Of a DNA stretch of 64,000 nt, positions 9,492 through 19,664 are shown in pieces. The notes under the pieces are model-generated. The model was not told the DNA's origin. It ran no database searches and worked only from the letters and a program-made list of their open reading frames with translations. Source of the DNA: Thermovirgaceae bacterium. Its GTDB lineage: Bacteria; Synergistota; Synergistia; Synergistales; Thermovirgaceae. Made by a program: the position numbers and the translations under genes. Position 1 is the first letter of the stretch. Each line of letters starts with the position of its first letter. The stretch lies in assembly GCA_040767805.1 (NCBI GenBank), contig JAXGNU010000002.1, forward strand, positions 64,001 through 128,000. Reading direction: 5' to 3'.

Positions 9492-11879
9492 TTATCTTAA
9501 TCTTATCCCCCTCTGGACCAGTTGATCCCTTAGCCTTCCCTGGACCTGGTCGACTTCGTCATCCCTCAATGTCCTTTCGGGGTCACGGTAGGCCAGGGTG
9601 TAGGCGAGGCTCCGATGACCCTCCGGGATCCCCTTTCCCTTGTAAATATCGAAGAGCCTCACCTCTTCCAGGAGTGGGCCTCCCAGTTCACGGATAAGGG
9701 CGAGGACATCGGAGGAATAGACCCCTTCCTTCACCACCAGGGAAATATCCCTGAAGACGGGGGGATACTTCCGAACCTCACCGAAGGAAGCCTTCCCGTC
9801 ATGGACCAGGGGTTCCATGTCCAGTTCAAAAAGAAAGACCGGCGCCGGTAGTTCCATCTCCGACTCGATCTCCGGTTTGAAGGCCGAAAGGTAGCCGACG
9901 TCCCGCCCGTCGGCCAGCACCCGTGCCGTCTTCCCAGCATGCCCGAAGGGCTCGCTCCCGGGAATGAGGTCCACGGCGACTCCCCGGCTCGCGAATATCG
10001 CCTCGATATCGGCGGCGACGGAATGGAGGTCTTCCGTCTCCTGATCGCCCCAGGGCGAACGGCTGTCGACACCAGGGCAGACGCACCCCCCCAGCTTGAA
10101 GATCTCCTCGACCTCCCGGCCCCTCCTGAAAAAGACCATGCCTGTCTCGAAAATCCTTATGGCCCTCCTCCAGCCGGAACTTATATTCTTCAAAACGGCC
10201 TGGACCAGCCCCGGGACAAGGGTAGTCCTCAAGACTGACATGTCCACGCTCAGGGGGTTGGAGAGAGCTACCGGGGACGACCTGGGGTCCGGCCCCGGGA
10301 AGCGGAGCGCCGCAATGGCCTGCGGCGAGACGAAGCAGTAGGTCACCACCTCGGAATATCCCCTTGCCATGGCGGTAGAGCGGACGGCCCGCTCGGCCCT
10401 CATCCTGTCAGTGATGTCGCCGGTAGCGTGCATGACCGGGGGCAGCTCCGCCGCCACCTTGTCATAACCCCTTATGCGGGCCACTTCCTCGATGAGGTCT
10501 TCCTCGATGGAGATGTCCGGCCTGAAGGAAGGGATGTTGTAGTACCTGATGGAAGGGTCCCTGTCACCGGTGGAGATCCCAAGCCTCTCGAGAATGGCCG
10601 TTGCCATGTCAAGGTCCCCCGTCCCGATGATCTTGCCGAGGACCTTCGAGGTAAGGGCGACCCTCCGTTCCTTTTGGGCGGCTTCCCCGGCGGCGATCCA
10701 CCCCGCGGGGACGCCTGCCCCCCATGAAGCCATCATATCCATGGCCACCGCGAGGGCCGTCTCGGCCTTGCAGGGGTCCACGAAGCGGGAGAACCGGTAG
10801 GCCGCTTCGCTGGGGATACCCAGCTTCCGGGATGCCCTGCTGACTTTTATGCTGTCGAAGTGGGCCGATTCCAGCAATACCCGGGTGGTATCCCCGCTGA
10901 TCTCGCTTTCCTCCCCGCCCATCACTCCGGCGACGGCGACGGGCTTTCCCCCACTGGTGATAAGGAGATCTTCGCTGTCAAGAATCCTGGTTTTACCATC
11001 GAGGGTCAGGATCATCTCCCCCTCCCGGGCCAGCCGCACGGTGATCTCCCTGCCCGGGAGGCGGGCGTCGTCAAAGGCATGAAGGGGCTGTCCCACCAAG
11101 AGCATTACCAGGTTGGTCGCGTCAACTACATTGGAGATGGGCCTCATTCCAGAGAGAAGGAGCCTGACCCTGGCTCTCATCGGCGAAGGTTTGATCCTGA
11201 CCCCCTCCAGCGCGCCGAGGGCGTAGAAAGGGCAGCCACTGTCAGTGAGGGTGATCCCCTCGAAACCCTCGAGCCGCGCCGCCCTGGGTGGTACCGCCTG
11301 GGATATCCCCTTGTACCGCGCCTCGGGGAAGAGGGCCGAGACTTCCCTGGCCAGGCCGACCATGCTCAGAAGGTCGCCCCTGTCGGGCGTTATGGAGAGT
11401 TCCAGGACCGTATCGTCGAGGCCGAGGGCCACCCTGACGTCCTCCCCGGGGGTGAAGCCCTCCCCCATCCTGAGTATCCCGTACTCGTCGGCGATCCCGG
11501 GGAGGCCGATCTCCTCGGCGGACAGCACCATGCCCTCGCTGACCACTCCCTGGAAATCCCTGCAGGAAACCTCCGTCCCATCGGCCAAGACGCACCCGGG
11601 GGGACCCCAGGGAACCACGTCGCCTTCCTCCAGGTTCCTGGCCACCGTCACGCACACTCCTTTTCTCTTGCCGGCATCGACGGTGAGGACAAAAAGGTCC
11701 GGCCTCCCGGGGTGTACGGCGATGGAAGCGACCCTGGCCGTCAAGGCGCCGCGGAACAGTGATACTGGGACTTCAATGCCCTCGACCTCGGCCCCGGTGT
11801 CGGTAAGTCTCTGGGCCAGCGCCTCGGTCTCCACGGGGATATCCACCAGTTCCTTGAGCCAGTTGAGCGATGCGAACAT
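9492..11879 (-). CDS. pheT: Phenylalanine--tRNA ligase beta subunit
   Basis: SLNWLKE, ITPDRGD.LS, NVVDATN, RPDISIEEDLIEEVARI.GY, C-terminal FDX-ACB (RDIS, SLAY). Confidence 0.97.
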   Translation of the reverse strand: MFASLNWLKELVDIPVETEALAQRLTDTGAEVEGIEVPVSLFRGALTARVASIAVHPGRPDLFVLTVDAGKRKGVCVTVARNLEEGDVVPWGPPGCVLADGTEVSCRDFQGVVSEGMVLSAEEIGLPGIADEYGILRMGEGFTPGEDVRVALGLDDTVLELSITPDRGDLLSMVGLAREVSALFPEARYKGISQAVPPRAARLEGFEGITLTDSGCPFYALGALEGVRIKPSPMRARVRLLLSGMRPISNVVDATNLVMLLVGQPLHAFDDARLPGREITVRLAREGEMILTLDGKTRILDSEDLLITSGGKPVAVAGVMGGEESEISGDTTRVLLESAHFDSIKVSRASRKLGIPSEAAYRFSRFVDPCKAETALAVAMDMMASWGAGVPAGWIAAGEAAQKERRVALTSKVLGKIIGTGDLDMATAILERLGISTGDRDPSIRYYNIPSFRPDISIEEDLIEEVARIRGYDKVAAELPPVMHATGDITDRMRAERAVRSTAMARGYSEVVTYCFVSPQAIAALRFPGPDPRSSPVALSNPLSVDMSVLRTTLVPGLVQAVLKNISSGWRRAIRIFETGMVFFRRGREVEEIFKLGGCVCPGVDSRSPWGDQETEDLHSVAADIEAIFASRGVAVDLIPGSEPFGHAGKTARVLADGRDVGYLSAFKPEIESEMELPAPVFLFELDMEPLVHDGKASFGEVRKYPPVFRDISLVVKEGVYSSDVLALIRELGGPLLEEVRLFDIYKGKGIPEGHRSLAYTLAYRDPERTLRDDEVDQVQGRLRDQLVQRGIRLR

Positions 11880-12922
11880 TATCGGCGCGCTCCCTTCGAG
11901 TTGAGAAAAGCCAGGTCGCCCTCGAAGAAGACCCTCAGGTCGTTCAGCCCGTACTTGAGCATGGCGATACGGTCAAGTCCCATCCCCCAAGCGAAGCCGT
12001 TGTAGCGCGACGGATCGATACCCCCGGCACGGATGACGTTGGGGTGGGTCATCCCCATCCCCGAGATCTCCAGCCAGCCGGTCCCCTTGCATATCCGGCA
12101 CCCCGGGTCCTTCCCGGAGCAGGCTACGCACTCCACGTCCATCTCAAGGGACGGCTCCGTGAAGGGGAAGTAGCTGCCCCTGTACCGGGCCTTCAACGGA
12201 CGGCCGAATATCCGGTTGACAAAAGCCTCCAGGCAACCCTTGAGGTGGGCCAGGGAGATATTCTCGTCCACCAGCAGTCCCTCGAGCTGGTGAAACATGG
12301 GGGTGTGGGTCTGATCGCTGTCCCTCCTGAAGACCTTCCCGGGGACGATTATCCTCAAGGGGGCGCCCCATTTCCTCATGGACCTCACCTCTACCGGGGA
12401 GGTATGGGTCCTCAGGAGCAACCCGTTCTCGAGGTAAAAGGTGTCCTGCATATCCCTCGCCGGGTGGTGGGGCGGAATATTCAGACCCTCGAAGTTATGG
12501 AAGTCATCCTCCACCTCGGGACCATAGGCCACGGAAAAACCCATGGAGACGAATATATCGATAGCTTCCTGGGTGACCTGGGCCACGGGGTGGAAGGCAC
12601 CCCAGGGACGGCCCCTGCCGGGGAGGGTTACATCGAGCCACTCCTCCCTTTCGCGGGCGTTCACCTGGTCGCCGGCACACTTCCTCGTCCTTTCCGCCAG
12701 GGACACCTCCATGGAATCCCTCAATTCGTTGAGTACCCTGCCGGCCTCGGGGCGCTCATCGGCAGGGAGAGAACCCAACCGCTTGAGCAAGGAGGTGACC
12801 TCCCCCTTCTTGCCGAGGAAGCGGACTCTCACACCCTGCAGCGCCTCCAAGGTATCCGCCGCTGAAAGGGCCGATCGGAACAAGGCCTCGATCCGCCTTA
12901 CGTCATCGTGAATATCACTCAA
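11879..12922 (-). CDS. pheS: Phenylalanine--tRNA ligase alpha subunit
   Basis: HPARDMQDTF, LLRTHTS, HTPMFHQ.EG, YFPFTEPS and GFAWGMG motifs; TTG start after GGAGG. Confidence 0.97.
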   Translation of the reverse strand: MSDIHDDVRRIEALFRSALSAADTLEALQGVRVRFLGKKGEVTSLLKRLGSLPADERPEAGRVLNELRDSMEVSLAERTRKCAGDQVNAREREEWLDVTLPGRGRPWGAFHPVAQVTQEAIDIFVSMGFSVAYGPEVEDDFHNFEGLNIPPHHPARDMQDTFYLENGLLLRTHTSPVEVRSMRKWGAPLRIIVPGKVFRRDSDQTHTPMFHQLEGLLVDENISLAHLKGCLEAFVNRIFGRPLKARYRGSYFPFTEPSLEMDVECVACSGKDPGCRICKGTGWLEISGMGMTHPNVIRAGGIDPSRYNGFAWGMGLDRIAMLKYGLNDLRVFFEGDLAFLNSKGARR

Positions 12923-13177
12923 GCGCTTTCCCTCCCTGGCGGGTTCAAGCACCCGTGAGTTCTCCCGTCCTGACCTGGGCGGACCTTGAACTGGCCGCAA
13001 AATCCAGGCCCGGGAGAGAAGGAACGACCCTGACCAGTATAATACCTTTACGGGGCTGAAGCGGCCCCAATTCTACCCTCCACCGCCAGTAATACGGTAA
13101 GGGTCCCCGCCAAAGCAATGGACAGGAACCCTGCGATGAACGACCGATATGGTCCGGGACGGCAGGCGGGGAGGCGG

Positions 13178-13537
13178 TTACTTCACCAGCGCCTCCCTGG
13201 CCTTGTCGACGAGCCTGGCGAAGGCTGGCATGTCCTGAACCGCCAGGTCCGCGAGTACCTTTCGGTTGATCTCGATGTTAGCGCACCGGAGACCGTTCAT
13301 GAACGTGCTGTAGGTCATATCGTTCATCCGCGCCCCGGCGCTTATCCTTGTTATCCAGAGCTTGCGGAAGTCTCTCTTCCTGGCCTTCCTGTCCTTGTAC
13401 GCGTTGGACATGGAATGAAGGTACGCTTCCTGCGCCCTCCGGAAAACGTTTTTTTTCCTTCCGAAGTAGCCCTTCGTGGCATCAAATAGTTTCTTTCTTT
13501 TCTGATCGCTGGCGCTTCCGCCCTTGACCCTGGGCAT
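13178..13537 (-). CDS. rplT: 50S ribosomal protein L20
   Basis: MPRVK, KGYFG, RKRDFRKLWITRI and NRKVLADLA motifs. Confidence 0.98.
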   Translation of the reverse strand: MPRVKGGSASDQKRKKLFDATKGYFGRKKNVFRRAQEAYLHSMSNAYKDRKARKRDFRKLWITRISAGARMNDMTYSTFMNGLRCANIEINRKVLADLAVQDMPAFARLVDKAREALVK

Positions 13538-13587
13538 GACCGCTCACCTCTTTCGGTTGGTTGATACCAGATCGTTCGTTCCGACGC

Positions 13588-13785
13588 CTAGGCGTAGGGC
13601 AGAAGTGTATTCATCCGTTTCTCGAGGGAAGAGGCTATAACGCCCTTCCGGCGAAGGCGGCGAAGGCGTGCGGAGTCCTTCTTCCTGAGAAGGTGCCTAC
13701 GGCCGCCCTTTTGAAAAACGAATTTCCCCGTCCCTGTCCTCGTGAACCTTTTCTTGGCCCCCGAGTGGGTTTTCATCTTAAGCAT
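13588..13785 (-). CDS. rpmI: 50S ribosomal protein L35
   Basis: KMKTHSGAKKRF..TGTGK motif; located between infC and rplT. Confidence 0.97.
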   Translation of the reverse strand: MLKMKTHSGAKKRFTRTGTGKFVFQKGGRRHLLRKKDSARLRRLRRKGVIASSLEKRMNTLLPYA

Positions 13786-13840
13786 GATCCAATTCCTCCT
13801 TCATCCTGAAACGACGGGAACGAAAAAGACACGCCCGAGG

Positions 13841-14443
13841 TCACTCCTCGACGGTAACCTTTGTCTTTTCCGTTTCCCCGGCGGCAGCGGCGTCTGCCAC
13901 CGCCGCCTTCGGCTTCTTCGCGGACTGCGGGACCGGCATCATCATCAGGCGCATATACCTTCCTTCCATTCGGGGAGGCATATCGACCTTCCCTATGCCC
14001 TCGCAATCCCTTACGACCTTGTCCAGAACCTCCCGGCCCCGGTCAAGGAACGCCATCTCCCTCCCCCTGAAAAAAACGGCCACCTTGACCCTGTAGCCCG
14101 AGAGGAGAAAATCCTTGATGGCGCGCACCTTGAAGTTGTAGTCGTGCAGGTCTATCTTCGGTCTCATCTTCATTTCCTTGACGACCTGCCCCTTGGACTT
14201 TTTCCTTGCGTCCTTGTCCCTCTTCTGTTGCTGGAACCGGTACTTGCCGTAATCGAGTATCCTGCAGACCGGAGGATCGGCCTGGGCGGAAACCTCCACC
14301 AGGTCCAACTCCCTCTCTTCGGCAAGTGCCAACGCCTGCGCAAGGGGGACCACCCCGACCTTGACCCCCTGGTCGTCGATCAGGAGAACTTCCTTGGCCC
14401 GAATCTCATCGTTGGTGCGCGGCTCCTCGTTGTTTTTAGCTAT
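13841..14443 (-). CDS. infC: Translation initiation factor IF-3 (non-canonical ATA start)
   Basis: LDLVEV, PPVCRILDYGKY and KEMKMRPKI motifs; open frame extends 5' of the ORF track (NDEIRAKEV) to ATA at 14443, 7 nt after GGAGGTG. Confidence 0.93.
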   Translation of the reverse strand: MAKNNEEPRTNDEIRAKEVLLIDDQGVKVGVVPLAQALALAEERELDLVEVSAQADPPVCRILDYGKYRFQQQKRDKDARKKSKGQVVKEMKMRPKIDLHDYNFKVRAIKDFLLSGYRVKVAVFFRGREMAFLDRGREVLDKVVRDCEGIGKVDMPPRMEGRYMRLMMMPVPQSAKKPKAAVADAAAAGETEKTKVTVEE

Positions 14444-14461
14444 AACTCGTCACCTCCACTG

Positions 14462-14610
14462 AAAAAATATGGCCGGACTCTGAAAAGCCCGGCCTCTATG
14501 TCCCATAAGTACCAACAGGGCGAAATCTCTTTCGCTCCCCTGGCACGAAACCCTTGAACAACCCCGTTCGGGGCGTCGGCGGGTGGGAGGCTCGGCTCCT
14601 CTTCATCGTT
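14462..14610 (-). promoter_or_regulatory. L20-leader-like autoregulatory RNA with terminator upstream of infC
   Basis: Terminator GGCCGGG..CCGGCC-ATATTTTTT just before the RBS; upstream GCCTC can pair alternatively with GAGGC; position matches the Firmicutes L20 leader. Confidence 0.55.
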
Positions 14611-14717
14611 ATCCTTGTCCGCTAGGACTTGACAAGGGATTTTACCATGAAATACCGGGCCCGCGCAAGGGCAATGGGGTCATGCAGACCTGCTCGGCTC
14701 ATTTTTCACGGACTCGC

Positions 14718-14765
14718 TTGACAAAAGGGCGGGTTTAGATTATATGAATAGTTGCTCATATATTC
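14718..14765 (+). promoter_or_regulatory. Promoter with SmtB/CadC-type operator
   Basis: TTGACA at 14718 and inverted repeat ATATGAAtagttgcTCATAT (14742-14761) directly upstream of the ArsR gene. Confidence 0.7.
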
Positions 14766-14783
14766 ATGAATGAGGTGAATCCG

Positions 14784-15146
14784 TTGGAACGGAGGGTGAA
14801 TATACCCGAGGCCATCCACGGGGAGACCGTGAGGGCCGCGAAGAACAGGATGCCTGAAGAAGGTTTCTGTCACTCCTTGGCGGGCTTCTTCAAGGTCCTC
14901 GGTGATACGACCAGGGTGAGGATACTCCTGGCGCTCGCCCTTTCAGAAATGTGCGTGGCCGACATAGCCTGCCTGCTTGGAATGACCCAATCGGCCATTT
15001 CCCACCAACTAAGGGTCCTCAGGCAGGCACGGCTGGTCAAGGCCAGAAGGATGGGAAAGATATCCCTCTACTCCCTCGACGATGAGCATGTCGAAAGGAT
15101 CGTCGCTGAAGGGGCCAAACACCTCAGCCACGGGGATCGGAGGTGA
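14784..15146 (+). CDS. ArsR/SmtB-family metal-sensing repressor
   Basis: FFKVLGD.TR, EMCVADIA, SAISHQLRVL and YSLDDEHV motifs; TTG start after GAGGTG (alternative ATG at 14766). Confidence 0.9.
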   Translation: MERRVNIPEAIHGETVRAAKNRMPEEGFCHSLAGFFKVLGDTTRVRILLALALSEMCVADIACLLGMTQSAISHQLRVLRQARLVKARRMGKISLYSLDDEHVERIVAEGAKHLSHGDRR

Positions 15147-15153
15147 CGCGGTC

Positions 15154-17313
15154 ATGAAAAAGGACCGACGGGACCAAGAGGACCGCCGCTTGGTTTTCCG
15201 CCTGGAAGGCCTCCATTGCCGAATCTGCGCCCTGGGTATTGAGAGATCCTCAGCAGCGCTGGATTGGGTCGAAGGTTCTTCCGTCGATCCCGTCACTTCG
15301 AAGCTGACCCTCACCATCCGCCAGGGATCGGATCCCCCCGGGGAACCCCTTTTGAAGATCCAGGAGATCGTCGACGGCATCGAACCCGGCGTCAGGGTCT
15401 TGCCCGAAGATGATCCGGTGAGTATGGGTTTTCACAAGGAAGGGAGCAAGGCCTTGAAGTCCTTTTCGGCCAGGGTCCTCCCGGGGCTCCTCCTATGGGG
15501 CGGCGCGCTTACGCTGGCGCCGGGGACACCTCTGCGGACAGTCCTCTTCCTGGCCGCCTACATCCTGTCCGGGTGGCCCATTGTACTGAAGGCCCTCGAA
15601 AACTTGCTCCGGGGCAGAGTTTTCGATGAGTACTTCCTCATGACAGTAGCTACGCTGGGCGCACTGGCCATAGGAGAGTACCCCGAGGCGGTCGCGGTAA
15701 TGCTCTTTTTCAGGACCGGCGAGATCCTGGAAGAAAGCGCCGTCGAAAAGGCCGGCGGGTCGATCACCTCCCTGGTGGAGATAATCCCCGACAAGGCTAA
15801 CCTGCTCGACGAAGGCGGCAGGGAGGAAACGGTGGCTTCCCGGTCCCTTAAACCCGGTGACAGGATCCTCGTGAAACCGGGCGAGAGGATACCCGTCGAT
15901 GGTGTCGTATCGGAGGGGTATTCCAGCCTCGACACGTCATCGATCACCGGGGAGTCGGTCCCCAGGGATGTTGCGGCGGGAGACCCCGTCCTGGCCGGGT
16001 TCCTGAACAGCCAGGGCACCCTGCGCGTCGAAGTCTCGAGGCCGCTTGAGTCTTCGGCGGCGTCAAGGATCCTGGCGGCCATCGGCAACGCGGGTTCAAA
16101 AAAGACCCGGACCGAACGGCTCGCCACGTCCTTTGCTAGGTTCTACACTCCCTCCGTGGTGATCCTGGCGATCCTTATCGCTTCGATCCCGCCAATGATA
16201 GGGACAGGCGACTTCGAGACCTGGCTCTACAGGGCTTTGATATTCCTCGTCGCATCCTGCCCCTGCGCTCTTCTCATATCGATCCCGCTGGGCATTTTTG
16301 CGGGCATAGGCTCCGCCTCCGGGAAGGGAATCCTGGTCAAGGGGGGCGATGTCCTCGAGAGGTTGCCCCTGGTTGACACGATCTTCCTCGACAAAACCGG
16401 GACCATGACCACCGGCCGCTTCCACCTGGCCGGAGTCCACCCCCAGGAGGGGAGGTCGGCCGACTCCCTCCTTGCGTTGGCCGTCACCGCCGAGAGGAGT
16501 TCCAATCACCCCCTCGCCGAGGCCGTGAGGTCCGGGTGGGGGCACCGCCCCTTGCCGGAACTTCCCCTTTCGGCCATCGAGCGTCCCGGTCTCGGTATCG
16601 AGGCGAAAACCCCCGAGTCTCATATCCTGGCCGGCAACAGGAGGTTCATGCTCGAGAACGGGGTTGAATCGCCCGACCCCTCATCGACGGGTACGGTGAT
16701 CCACGTGGCGGAAAACGGCGTTTACGCGGGGTACCTGGTCCTGGCTGATACCGTCAAGGCAGAGGCCCCCCACGCGGTCAAGGAACTGAGGGAACTGGGC
16801 GTCGGCCGTATTTTCCTCCTCTCGGGCGACCTGGAGGGCCCCACCGTGGATGTGGAGAAGCGGCTTTCCTTGGACGGGTCCTTCTGGGGCCTCCTGCCCG
16901 AGGAGAAGGTGGCGCTCCTTGAGGAAATGCAGACCGCCAACCCGGGAAAGGGCGTAAGCGCTTTCGTGGGCGACGGACTAAACGATGCCCCCGTCATCGC
17001 CAGGGCCGGCGTAGGCATCTCCATGGGAAAGGTTGGTTCCGACATCACCGTCGACAACGCCGACGTGGTCATCATGAACGACCACCTGTCGGGCCTGCCG
17101 GAAGCCCTGAGGATAGCCCGGAAAACAAGGGGAGTGATCTGGCAGAACATCCTTTTGTCCCTCGCGGTGAAGGCGGCCGTCCTGGCCCTCGGCGCCTTCG
17201 GAGCGGCGACCCTTTGGGAAGCGGTTTTCGCCGACGTGGGAATGACCCTCCTGGCCGTCATCAACTCTTCGAGGATCCTGCGATGGTCCCGGAGACAACG
17301 GGCCGCTGCCTAA
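15154..17313 (+). CDS. cadA: Heavy-metal (Zn/Cd/Pb-type) P1B ATPase
   Basis: N-terminal GLHCRIC HMA, TGES, CPC, DKTGT, GDGLND, TM8 FADVG. Confidence 0.9.
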   Translation: MKKDRRDQEDRRLVFRLEGLHCRICALGIERSSAALDWVEGSSVDPVTSKLTLTIRQGSDPPGEPLLKIQEIVDGIEPGVRVLPEDDPVSMGFHKEGSKALKSFSARVLPGLLLWGGALTLAPGTPLRTVLFLAAYILSGWPIVLKALENLLRGRVFDEYFLMTVATLGALAIGEYPEAVAVMLFFRTGEILEESAVEKAGGSITSLVEIIPDKANLLDEGGREETVASRSLKPGDRILVKPGERIPVDGVVSEGYSSLDTSSITGESVPRDVAAGDPVLAGFLNSQGTLRVEVSRPLESSAASRILAAIGNAGSKKTRTERLATSFARFYTPSVVILAILIASIPPMIGTGDFETWLYRALIFLVASCPCALLISIPLGIFAGIGSASGKGILVKGGDVLERLPLVDTIFLDKTGTMTTGRFHLAGVHPQEGRSADSLLALAVTAERSSNHPLAEAVRSGWGHRPLPELPLSAIERPGLGIEAKTPESHILAGNRRFMLENGVESPDPSSTGTVIHVAENGVYAGYLVLADTVKAEAPHAVKELRELGVGRIFLLSGDLEGPTVDVEKRLSLDGSFWGLLPEEKVALLEEMQTANPGKGVSAFVGDGLNDAPVIARAGVGISMGKVGSDITVDNADVVIMNDHLSGLPEALRIARKTRGVIWQNILLSLAVKAAVLALGAFGAATLWEAVFADVGMTLLAVINSSRILRWSRRQRAAA

Positions 17314-17517
17314 GGAGCCGCCGCCCGATCCCACCCGGTAAGAAACAAGACCAGCGGACGTCCCTTGAACATTTCCGGGATTGCGGCTTTTGCCAAACCC
17401 TTTTTGAAAGGGGGAGTATAATTGAACAGGCCAAGGGGAAAGCCGCATTAGCGGAGTTGTTCGAAAAAAGCCGCAACCGGTCTGTGAAATTGACGGACTT
17501 CGAAAGGAGGAAACAAA

Positions 17518-19554
17518 ATGAAAGAAGTGAACCAGTTGAACCAGGAAGCCATGGTGATCGGTCCTGACATGGAGCTTCTGCCCTACCCTGAATTCAAGGA
17601 AGGGATCAGGCGCGCACCCGACCGGGGGTGGACCCTCAACAAGGCTGAAACAGAACTGGCCCTCAAGAACGCCCTTCGGTACGTCCCCGAAAAATTCCAC
17701 GAGGTCCTGGCGCCCGAATTCATGGAGGAACTTACCACCAGGGGAAGGATCTATGCTTACCGCTTCCGCCCCGCCGGGAGACTCTATGGGAAACCCATCC
17801 AGGAATATAAGGGCAAGTGCCTGGCCGGTAAGGCTTTCCAGGTCATGATAGACAACAACCTCGACTTCGACGTGGCCCTTTACCCCTATGAGCTGGTCAC
17901 CTACGGCGAGACTGGGCAGGTGTGCCAGAACTGGCTGCAATACCGGTTGATCAAAAAGTACCTCGAGGAACTGACGGAGGATACCACCTTGGTGTTGGAG
18001 AGCGGGCATCCTGTCGGGCTTTTCCAATCCCACCGGGAATCCCCCCGCGTGATACTGACCAACGGTCTGCTGGTGGGTCTTTTTGACAACCAGCACGAGT
18101 GGCACCGGGCCATGCAGCTGGGCGTCAGTAATTACGGGCAGATGACCGCCGGAGGCTGGATGTACATCGGCCCCCAGGGCATTGTCCACGGTACTTTCAA
18201 CACTCTTTTGAACGCGGCCAGGCAGAGGCTCGGGGTCGGACCCAAGGACAACCTCACGGGGATCCTATTCGTATCGTCCGGCCTTGGCGGTATGAGCGGC
18301 GCCCAACCCAAGGCCATCGAGATCGCCGGCGGCGTGGGGATCATTGCCGAAGTCGATGCCTCCAGGATCGAGACCCGCCACAAGCAGGGGTGGGTCAGCG
18401 AAGTAGTCCAGACCTGCGAAGAGGCTTTCACCCTGGCCGAAAAAGCGCTCAAGGAAAAGAGACCCCTTTCCATCGCCTTCCACGGCAACGTCGTCGACCT
18501 GATCCAGTACGCCGTGGACCACGGGAAGACCATACCCCTCCTGTCGGACCAGACATCCTGCCATGCCCCTTATGACGGCGGCTATTGCCCGCAGGGACTG
18601 ACCTTCGAAGAGCGGACGAAGATGCTCAGCGACGACCCCGAAGAATTCAGGCGCCGCGTCGACAGCTCCTTGCAGAAGCACTTCGGGCTGATCAAGACGC
18701 TCGTGAAGAAGGGAACTTTCTTCTTTGACTACGGCAACTCCTTCATGAGGGCCGTTTTTGACGCCGGCGTGAAGGAAATTTGCAAGAACGGCGAGAACAC
18801 CTATGACGGGTTCATCTGGCCTTCCTATGTAGAAGACATCATGGGACCCATTCTCTTTGACTACGGTTACGGCCCCTTCCGCTGGGTCTGCCTGAGCGGC
18901 AAGCCGGAAGACCTCAGGAAGACCGACAAGGCCGCCATGGATTGCATCGACCCGAACCGGCGTTCCCAGGATTATGACAACTGGGTCTGGATCCGTGACG
19001 CTGAGAAGAACGCCCTGGTCGTGGGGACCCAGGCTCGCATCCTCTACCAGGACGCGGAAGGCCGTTTGAAAATAGCCCTGCGGTTCAATGATATGGTCCG
19101 AAAAGGCGAGATCGGTCCCGTCATGCTGGGGAGAGACCACCACGATACGGGAGGCGTCGACTCACCCTACCGTGAGACGGCGAACATCAAGGACGGGAGC
19201 AACGTCTGCGCCGACATGGCAACCCAGTGCTTCGCCGGCAACGCCGCCAGGGGGATGACCCTCTGCGCGATCCATAACGGCGGCGGCGTGGGGATCGGGA
19301 AGGCCATAAACTCCGGCTTCGGCATGCTGCTTGACGGGTCGGAGCAGGCTGACAAGGTCCTTAGATCGGCCATGATGTGGGACGTTCTCGGCGGGGTCGC
19401 GAGGCGCGCGTGGGCCCGCTGCGAACACGCCATCGAGGTGAGCCGGGAGGTCAACAGGAAGTACAAGGGGAGTTACCATATCACGCTACCCTTCATCCCC
19501 GACGAAAAGATCGTGGGCGACACGGTCGCGAAGTACATGAAGGGGAAAAAGTAG
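17518..19554 (+). CDS. hutU: Urocanate hydratase (long form)
   Basis: YGQMTAG.W.YIGPQGIVHGT, GLGGMSGAQ, DQTSCH, GRDHHD and HNGGGVG motifs. Confidence 0.96.
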   Translation: MKEVNQLNQEAMVIGPDMELLPYPEFKEGIRRAPDRGWTLNKAETELALKNALRYVPEKFHEVLAPEFMEELTTRGRIYAYRFRPAGRLYGKPIQEYKGKCLAGKAFQVMIDNNLDFDVALYPYELVTYGETGQVCQNWLQYRLIKKYLEELTEDTTLVLESGHPVGLFQSHRESPRVILTNGLLVGLFDNQHEWHRAMQLGVSNYGQMTAGGWMYIGPQGIVHGTFNTLLNAARQRLGVGPKDNLTGILFVSSGLGGMSGAQPKAIEIAGGVGIIAEVDASRIETRHKQGWVSEVVQTCEEAFTLAEKALKEKRPLSIAFHGNVVDLIQYAVDHGKTIPLLSDQTSCHAPYDGGYCPQGLTFEERTKMLSDDPEEFRRRVDSSLQKHFGLIKTLVKKGTFFFDYGNSFMRAVFDAGVKEICKNGENTYDGFIWPSYVEDIMGPILFDYGYGPFRWVCLSGKPEDLRKTDKAAMDCIDPNRRSQDYDNWVWIRDAEKNALVVGTQARILYQDAEGRLKIALRFNDMVRKGEIGPVMLGRDHHDTGGVDSPYRETANIKDGSNVCADMATQCFAGNAARGMTLCAIHNGGGVGIGKAINSGFGMLLDGSEQADKVLRSAMMWDVLGGVARRAWARCEHAIEVSREVNRKYKGSYHITLPFIPDEKIVGDTVAKYMKGKK

Positions 19555-19610
19555 CATAACCCGGGTCCGGCGTTCCCGTTTATACGCTGAAAATCTTTGA
19601 AAGGGAAAGA

Positions 19611-19659
19611 CTGTGCGGGCAAGAACCTGGGTCTCCCCGGGTCCGCCCGCATAGTTTTT
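19611..19659 (+). terminator. hutU intrinsic terminator
   Basis: CTGTGCGGGC...GCCCGCATAG stem followed by TTTTT. Confidence 0.7.
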
Positions 19660-19664
19660 CATCT

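Noticed and set aside
12930..13170. T-box upstream of pheS
   Set aside because: No GGTGGnACC antiterminator bulge or U-tailed terminator is present.
19600..19662. 'MKNYAG' read as the start of an IS110 transposase on the minus strand
   Set aside because: The sequence is fully explained as the reverse complement of the hutU terminator arm and T tract, and the catalytic G-x-D does not follow.
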